Shown piece by piece: positions 34,072 to 39,913 of a stretch of DNA of 39,913 bases; position 1 is the stretch's first letter; every line of letters starts with the position of its first letter. The notes beneath the pieces are model-generated. The model saw only the letters and a program-made list of their open reading frames with translations. It was not told the origin of the DNA and ran no database searches. A program made the translations under genes and the position numbers. The DNA lies in NCBI GenBank assembly GCA_024643455.1, contig JAHEMV010000002.1, positions 1-39,913 on the forward strand. Direction: 5' to 3'. The stretch is from Cytophagales bacterium (GTDB lineage Bacteria > Bacteroidota > Bacteroidia > Cytophagales > Cyclobacteriaceae).

Positions 34072-36450
34072 ATGCTGCGAAACTTGTTCATAATTGCCTT
34101 TAGAAATATTAAAAGAGAAAAAGGATACAGTATCATTAATATTCTTGGCTTAACAGTTGGAATCACATCAAGCATTTTCCTATTGCTTTATATCCTGGAC
34201 GAACTAAGTTACGATCAGTATCATGTAAATGGCGATCACATATATCGTGTTATCACCAATATTACTGAAGTAGATGATGAATTTACGTGGGTGGTGGCCC
34301 AAATTCCATTCGGCCCTACTGTAAAAGACAAGTATCCCGAAGTTGAAGAATATGTCCGATTTATTGGCATAGGAAGGACGTTGTTTAAAAAAAATGATTT
34401 GAAGTTTTATGAAGAAGAGGTATATGCTGCCGATTCTGCAGTATTTGATGTTTTTACGTATTCTTTCATTGCTGGAAATTCTCAAACAGCCCTTTACGAG
34501 CCAAACTCTATCGTACTTACGAAAGATTTGGCCATTAAATATTTTGGAAGAACGGATGTGCTTGGGGAGTCTGTAGAAACAGAAAATAAATTATATAAAG
34601 TGACTGGCATAATTGAAAATGTGCCCAAAAATTCTCAATTCTCTTTTGATGGATTAGTTTCAGTTAGTAGTCTTGAAGAACAAGGAAGAACTGGAAGCTG
34701 GGGTAATTTTGGTGTTTTCACCTACCTCTATACTCCCAATCTGCAAGATCCTATAGCTTTCGAAGCCAAACTTTCAGAGATATACAACGAATTTTGTGCA
34801 CCTATTTTCAAGCAATATGGGGTCAATTTTGTTTATAAAATTCAAAAACTAACGGATATCCATTTGCATAGCCACTATGAAGGTGAAGCCAACGGAGACA
34901 TCAAATACGTATACATTTTCTCAGCTGTTGCTTTTTTCATGCTCATAATAGCAAGCATCAACTATATGAATTTGGCTACTGCACGATCTGCCAATCGTTC
35001 TAGAGAAGTGGGGATCAGAAAAGTTATGGGGTCACATCGTATCCAATTGATAAGCCAGTTTATTGTTGAATCACTTGTGCTAACCGTTTTTTCTTTTGTA
35101 ATCAGTATGATCCTTGTGATTGCCATACTCCCATTTTTTAATGATCTTTTAGAAAAAAACATTTCATTATCATGGCTTCAAAATCCGATGTTGATTTTTG
35201 GGTTTATGTCCATCATTGTCTTTGTGGGGATTCTTGGAGGTAGTTATCCTGCTTTTTATCTTTCTTCATTCAATCCAGTAGTCGTTTTGAAGGGTAAAAA
35301 TAGTGCCCGCGGAGGTAATGCATTTCTTAGAAAAGGGCTGGTAATTCTTCAATTTTCTATTTCTATCATTATGATCATCTGTACCTGGCTGGTTTATGAT
35401 CAGCTACAATATTTGCAGGAGAAAGATCTTGGATTTGACAAAGAACACATCATTCGGCTATCAATGCCTTCTGAGGCTGTTCGACAAAAATACCCAGTAC
35501 TTAGATCTAAACTTCTTGAAGCTCCTGAAGTGCTGGATGCATCAACTGCCACCACAAGCCCTGGTTATGGTGTAGGAAAAAATCTAATTCGTGTTGAAGA
35601 CGAAAAAGGAGAAATGGTAGAACGAGGCATTGATCTATATGGCATCGACTATGACTATGTCAGTACATTGGGTATGCACATTGTTGAAGGACGGGATTTT
35701 TCCAGGGAGATTCCATCCGATACCAGCTCAGCAGTGATTGTGACTGAAGCTATGATGAAACGTATGGGGTGGCAATCAGCATTGGGAAGAAAATTTGCTT
35801 TTGGCACAGCTGAAGGCGCGCGACAGTTACAGGTTATCGGGGTTGTCAAAGATTATCATCATGCTTCACTTTACAATCCGATCGAGCCACTCTTATTTTA
35901 CCTAAGTGAAAACAATATCGTTCTACATATCAAAATTGATGGAAAAGATATAAAAAACGAAATTGCTAAAGTAGAAGCGGTTTGGAAGGAAGTAAATACT
36001 GACCAGCCATTTGACTATAATTTTCTTGATCAGGAGTTTGCTGAGCAATATAAAAACGATGAGAAAAGGGGGCAAATTTTTTCAGTATTTGCGTTGCTCA
36101 CTTTGTCTATTGCTTGTCTTGGTTTGCTCGGATTGGCTTCCTATACAGCAGAACAAAGAAATAAGGAAATCAGTATCCGCAAGGTGGTTGGTGCAAGTGT
36201 CCCAAGATTGGTTTATTTGGTATCGAAGGAGTTTTTAATCCTGGTGTTAATTTCCATTACTATTGGCTTACCAATTTCTTATTTTTTCATGGAAAAATGG
36301 CTTGAAAACTTTGCATATGCTATGGAAATGAGCTGGATTACATTTGCTTCAGCAGCTTTTGTTGCATTTATCATCACATTTATTACCGTCAGCTATCATA
36401 CCATCAGAGCAGCATTGGCAAATCCTGTTGATGCTTTAAGAGAGGAATAA
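34072..36450 (+). CDS. ABC transporter permease, FtsX/MacB-like with two FtsX modules
   Basis: 792-aa ORF. An N-terminal TM is followed by a large extracytoplasmic domain and a 3-TM FtsX block; a second extracytoplasmic domain and a C-terminal FtsX block follow (KEISIRKVVGAS motif). This architecture is common for Bacteroidota orphan permeases. Confidence 0.85.
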   Translation: MLRNLFIIAFRNIKREKGYSIINILGLTVGITSSIFLLLYILDELSYDQYHVNGDHIYRVITNITEVDDEFTWVVAQIPFGPTVKDKYPEVEEYVRFIGIGRTLFKKNDLKFYEEEVYAADSAVFDVFTYSFIAGNSQTALYEPNSIVLTKDLAIKYFGRTDVLGESVETENKLYKVTGIIENVPKNSQFSFDGLVSVSSLEEQGRTGSWGNFGVFTYLYTPNLQDPIAFEAKLSEIYNEFCAPIFKQYGVNFVYKIQKLTDIHLHSHYEGEANGDIKYVYIFSAVAFFMLIIASINYMNLATARSANRSREVGIRKVMGSHRIQLISQFIVESLVLTVFSFVISMILVIAILPFFNDLLEKNISLSWLQNPMLIFGFMSIIVFVGILGGSYPAFYLSSFNPVVVLKGKNSARGGNAFLRKGLVILQFSISIIMIICTWLVYDQLQYLQEKDLGFDKEHIIRLSMPSEAVRQKYPVLRSKLLEAPEVLDASTATTSPGYGVGKNLIRVEDEKGEMVERGIDLYGIDYDYVSTLGMHIVEGRDFSREIPSDTSSAVIVTEAMMKRMGWQSALGRKFAFGTAEGARQLQVIGVVKDYHHASLYNPIEPLLFYLSENNIVLHIKIDGKDIKNEIAKVEAVWKEVNTDQPFDYNFLDQEFAEQYKNDEKRGQIFSVFALLTLSIACLGLLGLASYTAEQRNKEISIRKVVGASVPRLVYLVSKEFLILVLISITIGLPISYFFMEKWLENFAYAMEMSWITFASAAFVAFIITFITVSYHTIRAALANPVDALREE

Positions 36451-36458
36451 AGGATGTT

Positions 36459-36845
36459 TTAACGATTTAACACTTCGACATCATAAACGAAATATTTGGT
36501 ATCTCCTAACCAGAAAAACCGAACATATTTTTCTTCGTACATAAGCTTTACTCGATTCCCTTCCAGAATGGCTTTGTCGAGTTTGCCAATTACACTATCA
36601 GCGGATTGTTTTATAGTGAAATCCCACGTTGTTGGAATGGCCCCTTCAGCAGAATTGGTTAATCCTCCGACATTCAGTGTCCCTTCATACGTTTTTATAA
36701 TTATTCCTTTCTTACTCAATTTAGTTGGAACTCCAGCCCTAAAACCGGAAGAATAATCGGCAACATTTAAAAACACCATAACAGCAACTGCTAACAATAC
36801 TATGATGATTGCCAACTTTTTTAGAAAACCAAAAAACTTATCCAT
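36459..36845 (-). CDS. Hypothetical membrane-anchored protein (128 aa)
   Basis: ATG at 36845 gives MDKFFGFLKKLAIIIVLLAVAVMVFL (a single N-terminal TM) followed by a beta-rich domain. The track ORF has a 21-codon upstream extension. No family recognised. Confidence 0.6.
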   Translation of the reverse strand: MDKFFGFLKKLAIIIVLLAVAVMVFLNVADYSSGFRAGVPTKLSKKGIIIKTYEGTLNVGGLTNSAEGAIPTTWDFTIKQSADSVIGKLDKAILEGNRVKLMYEEKYVRFFWLGDTKYFVYDVEVLNR

Positions 36846-36929
36846 AGAAGTATATTTTTGTACGAATATACAGTTAAGATAAATAAAATCTAAAACTTCA
36901 AACTCCAAAATAACGGATATAAGGATATG

Positions 36930-36998
36930 AGATTTAATTTAAATTGGAATGATCAAAAGCTATTGTTGTCGGTTCACTGATTTAAATTAAATCTTTTT
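36930..36998 (+). other. Long AT-rich hairpin (15-bp stem, 35-nt loop) followed by T5; terminator-like or attenuator-like element
   Basis: AGATTTAATTTAAAT (36930-36944) is the perfect reverse complement of ATTTAAATTAAATCT (36980-36994). The right arm runs into TTTTT (36994-36998). No + strand gene ends upstream of it. Confidence 0.4.
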
Positions 36999-37092
36999 AA
37001 AGTATTCTTATTTTGGGTATAGTTTACATATATTTTGCAAATAGGGCTTTTGCTTTCGAATGCTTTGAGAATATTATTAATAGGAACTTAAA

Positions 37093-37794
37093 ATGTGGAT
37101 GATTTTTATCTTGATTTTTTTAGCAGCACTTATAGCCTATTTCTTAAAAAAAATAGATTTGAAAGGGGCCATAGCGGGAATAATCCTCGCTACAACAATA
37201 ATGTTTGGGATCGGGATAGAAGGACTATCGGCATTAGCCATTTTTTTTATTCTTGGTTCATTAGCAACATCCTGGGAAAAGGATAAAAAAAATCAATACA
37301 ATCTGGCTCAGGAAAATGATGGGAAAAGGGGTATAATTAATGTTTTAGCTAATGGAGGCCCGGCTTTTATTTTATCCATTTTGTCCTTACAATTTCCAAT
37401 ATATCAATACCATTTTGGTATGATGGTGATGACTAGTTTCGCTGCCGCTTGTTCAGATACCTTATCTTCTGAACTTGGAACAGCTTACGGCAAAAAGTAT
37501 TTCTCCATTATTAATTTTAAATCTGCCAAAAGAGGCATGGATGGAGCAATAAGTGCCCAGGGGATAATATTTGGTGTTTTAGGTAGTGCCGTAATCGGAA
37601 GTATTTCATGGTTAAATGATCAAAATTTGACCGTATTTACGATTATAACAATTAGTGGATTCCTTGGGAATCTGATGGATTCAGTACTGGGTGCAACCTG
37701 GCAAAAACGAGGTTGGCTAAACAACCATACTGTAAATCTGCTTTCGATTTGCTTTGCAGTATTTAATTCTTTTATACTCTATATAGTCCTTTAA
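37093..37794 (+). CDS. DUF92 (TMEM19-like) integral membrane protein
   Basis: 233-aa multi-TM ORF containing INVLANGGPA and AACSDTLSSELG, which match the conserved DUF92 blocks (ANG... and DT.ASE.G). Confidence 0.7.
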   Translation: MWMIFILIFLAALIAYFLKKIDLKGAIAGIILATTIMFGIGIEGLSALAIFFILGSLATSWEKDKKNQYNLAQENDGKRGIINVLANGGPAFILSILSLQFPIYQYHFGMMVMTSFAAACSDTLSSELGTAYGKKYFSIINFKSAKRGMDGAISAQGIIFGVLGSAVIGSISWLNDQNLTVFTIITISGFLGNLMDSVLGATWQKRGWLNNHTVNLLSICFAVFNSFILYIVL

Positions 37795-37913
37795 CACCGT
37801 AATTGGTGAAATGAAAAATCAAAAAAATTATGTTCAAATTAATTCGGATAAAAAAGAGTTTTATTTAGGTATTCCAACACGAAAAATTTCAATCTAATCT
37901 CCGGTTAAACCTA

Positions 37914-38678
37914 TTAAGTAATCAATCTGCCCCCATCCACAATGAGTGTGGTTCCAGTAATAAACGAGGAGTCTTCTGAGGCTAAAAATAGTGCTGCTTT
38001 GGCCACATCTTCTGGCCTCCCTAACCTATTGAGTAATGTAGCATTAGCTGCGTCTGAAACCGCTTTTTCAGGATTTGGAAATGCCTGTGCAGAATCCCAA
38101 ATCAATGGGGTATCAATAGGCCCAGGGCAAATCAAATTGGCGCGTATTTTTGGTGCATAATCCAGGGCAATCTGTTTAATTAATGGAACAAGCGCCCCTT
38201 TAGTGGCGCAATAGGCCGGGTGATTTGGGAAACTTTTGAATGCTGCGATCGATCCATTGATGATCACATTTCCCAGACCACGCTTAAGCATCTCGGGAAT
38301 GGCCAATCTCAGGAGATAAAAAATGCTATTTAAATTCGTGTTTATGACTTTATTCCAGGTTTCAACAGATACTTCAGTAATGGAACCTAATCCTAAAAAG
38401 CCGGCATTGGCAACTACGATATCCAGTCCACCATACAATTTGATGGTTTCATTAAAAAGAGTTGAATTGCCTTCTTCAGTTGAAATGTCACTTTGTACAA
38501 AACTTGCGATTCCACCAATTTCAATAATAGATTTGACTATTAGTTCTCCCCTCTCCTTATTCCTTCCGTTTACCACTACTTTTGCTCCTTCAGATGCAAA
38601 CAATTTTGCAATTGCTGCACCCATGCCACTGGTAGCTCCAGTAACAATGACAATCTTATCTTCCAGTTTCTTACTCAA
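37914..38678 (-). CDS. SDR family oxidoreductase (FabG/glucose dehydrogenase-like)
   Basis: 254-aa ORF with TGATSGMG (cofactor binding), NAG, and the catalytic NGS...YCATK (YxxxK). Confidence 0.9.
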   Translation of the reverse strand: MSKKLEDKIVIVTGATSGMGAAIAKLFASEGAKVVVNGRNKERGELIVKSIIEIGGIASFVQSDISTEEGNSTLFNETIKLYGGLDIVVANAGFLGLGSITEVSVETWNKVINTNLNSIFYLLRLAIPEMLKRGLGNVIINGSIAAFKSFPNHPAYCATKGALVPLIKQIALDYAPKIRANLICPGPIDTPLIWDSAQAFPNPEKAVSDAANATLLNRLGRPEDVAKAALFLASEDSSFITGTTLIVDGGRLIT

Positions 38679-38701
38679 GAGTAAAGGTTTTAAGGTGATG
38701 T

Positions 38702-39913
38702 TTAATTTAACAAAGACGTTAAGCGATCAGAAATTAAATTTTGTTGTTCTACAAAAAATGCATGCTTTTGTTGAAAACGTTCAGCAATTTTATCATTACA
38801 CAAATTTCCAAGGCTTCCTTCATGGGTATGCGCCAATTTAGATGGAACTTCAAATTCGCCTTTTTCAATCCTTCTACCAACTTCAACATAAGCATCGCGA
38901 AATGGCATCCCTTCCAAAACAAGCTGATTGACCAACTCTACACTGAACATGTATTTATACCTTTCTTCTTTTATAATATCTTCCCGAACATTTACTTTCT
39001 CCAGCATAAATCGGGTCATGTAAAGGCACGATTTTAAGTTACTGAAAGCTGGCATAAAACTCTCCTTTATCAGCTGCAAGTCGCGATGATAACCAGATGG
39101 TAAATTTGTGGTGATCATGGCAATTTCATTGGGTAATGCTTTTAATTTATTTGATCGGGCACGTATCAACTCAAAAACGTCTGGATTTTTCTTATGCGGC
39201 ATAATGCTCGATCCTGTAGTATATTCTACCGGAAAGCCTATAAATCCATGGTTTTGACCCATGTACAAACAAACATCCATGGAAAATTTACCAATTGTTT
39301 CTGCTATGGTAGCCATCGCATTGGCTAAAACTTTCTCGGCTTTTCCTCTACCCATCTGCGCGTAAACCACATTATAATTCATCGATTCAAATCCAAGAAG
39401 ATCTGAAGTCATCTGCCGGTTCAGCGGAAAAGACGACCCGTAACCTGCTGCTGATCCCAATGGATTTCTGTTGACAATTTCATAAGCCGTTTTTAAAATT
39501 GCCAAATCATCAGCCAATGACTCTGCATAAGCCCCAAACCACAAACCAAAAGACGACGGCATTGCGACTTGCAAATGGGTATAACCTGGCAAAAGAACAT
39601 CCTTATATTGATTGCTCAGGAAAATGTAACGATCAAATAGCTGTTGTACCAATTCGACTATTTCAAGTACTTCAGCACGCATAAACAATTTTAAATCCAA
39701 CAATACCTGATCATTTCTGGATCTTCCCGAATGGATTTTTTTGCCTATATCACCCAATCTACTTGTGAGCATCAATTCTACCTGGGAATGAACATCTTCT
39801 ACGCCCTCTTCTATTTTAAAGTTCCCTCCTTCAATTTCCTTATGGATATTTGACAATTCTTTGGAAAGTATTTCCAATTCGTTTTGTTTGAGCAAACCTA
39901 CAGAAGTGAGCAT
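38702..39913 (-). CDS. argH: Argininosuccinate lyase, N-terminus truncated by the window edge
   Basis: Fumarate-lyase superfamily signature GSSIMPHKKNP and the ArgH-type block GRSRNDQVLLDLKLF. The ORF is open to the window end, and the leading Met in the track is internal. Confidence 0.9.
   Translation of the reverse strand: MLTSVGLLKQNELEILSKELSNIHKEIEGGNFKIEEGVEDVHSQVELMLTSRLGDIGKKIHSGRSRNDQVLLDLKLFMRAEVLEIVELVQQLFDRYIFLSNQYKDVLLPGYTHLQVAMPSSFGLWFGAYAESLADDLAILKTAYEIVNRNPLGSAAGYGSSFPLNRQMTSDLLGFESMNYNVVYAQMGRGKAEKVLANAMATIAETIGKFSMDVCLYMGQNHGFIGFPVEYTTGSSIMPHKKNPDVFELIRARSNKLKALPNEIAMITTNLPSGYHRDLQLIKESFMPAFSNLKSCLYMTRFMLEKVNVREDIIKEERYKYMFSVELVNQLVLEGMPFRDAYVEVGRRIEKGEFEVPSKLAHTHEGSLGNLCNDKIAERFQQKHAFFVEQQNLISDRLTSLLN

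Noticed and set aside
36846-36908. 21-codon upstream extension of the 128-aa membrane-anchored protein.
   Set aside because: The ATG at 36845 places the TM anchor at the N-terminus. The extension has no features and would run into the divergent promoter region.
38323-38841. 172-aa plus-strand ORF spanning the SDR N-terminus and the argH 3' end.
   Set aside because: It is antisense to two confident genes and crosses their intergenic gap. The product is Ser/Pro/Thr-rich with no motifs.
1-39913. Looked for CRISPR arrays, tRNA/rRNA genes, transposases, integrases, phage genes and defence genes across the whole window.
   Set aside because: No regularly spaced direct repeats, no cloverleaf-capable GC-rich segments and no recognisable recombinase, nuclease or defence motifs appear in any long ORF. 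The window looks like ordinary chromosome.

Overview
This is a low-GC (about 35-37% by eye), gene-dense chromosomal segment. It is almost certainly from a Bacteroidota genome. The evidence is a type-A T9SS C-terminal sorting domain on a CotH-family protein, several TAnnTTTG -7 promoter boxes placed correctly upstream of genes, many lipobox or signal-peptide proteins, and a DUF3857/transglutaminase gene pair.

I support 34 protein-coding genes, two of them truncated by the window edges:
- Housekeeping: typA/bipA, a cold-shock protein, argH (partial), an SDR, galM and a Gfo/Idh/MocA oxidoreductase.
- Transporters: an MsbA-like ABC exporter, a Na/Pi cotransporter and an orphan FtsX/MacB-type permease.
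- Peptidases and hydrolases: an S15 Xaa-Pro dipeptidyl peptidase, an S9A prolyl oligopeptidase, a CE1-type esterase, an MBL-fold hydrolase, a ChbG/YdjC deacetylase and an AstE/AspA-type M14 hydrolase.
- Methionine sulfoxide reductases: two msrB and one msrA; one msrB and the msrA carry export signals.
- Poorly characterised genes: DUF5995, DUF89, DUF92, DUF6495-like and several orphans.

I see no rRNA, tRNA, CRISPR array, transposase, integrase, phage gene or recognisable defence gene, so this looks like core or peripheral metabolism rather than an accessory island. I did not find a clear-cut novel system.

The best candidates for follow-up are:
1. A CBS-fused GCS2-type amide ligase tightly followed by an AstE/AspA-type deacylase, with a tandem 21-nt repeat abutting its start codon.
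2. An operon in which a cytoplasmic CvfB/S1 RNA-binding gene overlaps by ATGA an exported transglutaminase-like protein. That protein is followed by an apparently catalytically dead paralogue and an exported MsrA.
3. A promoter-plus-hairpin unit upstream of the DUF92 gene that could be a small RNA or an attenuating leader.
4. Two orphan genes sitting in very AT-rich intergenic islands with perfect palindromes.

All family assignments come from motif recognition by eye, and no database search was run.
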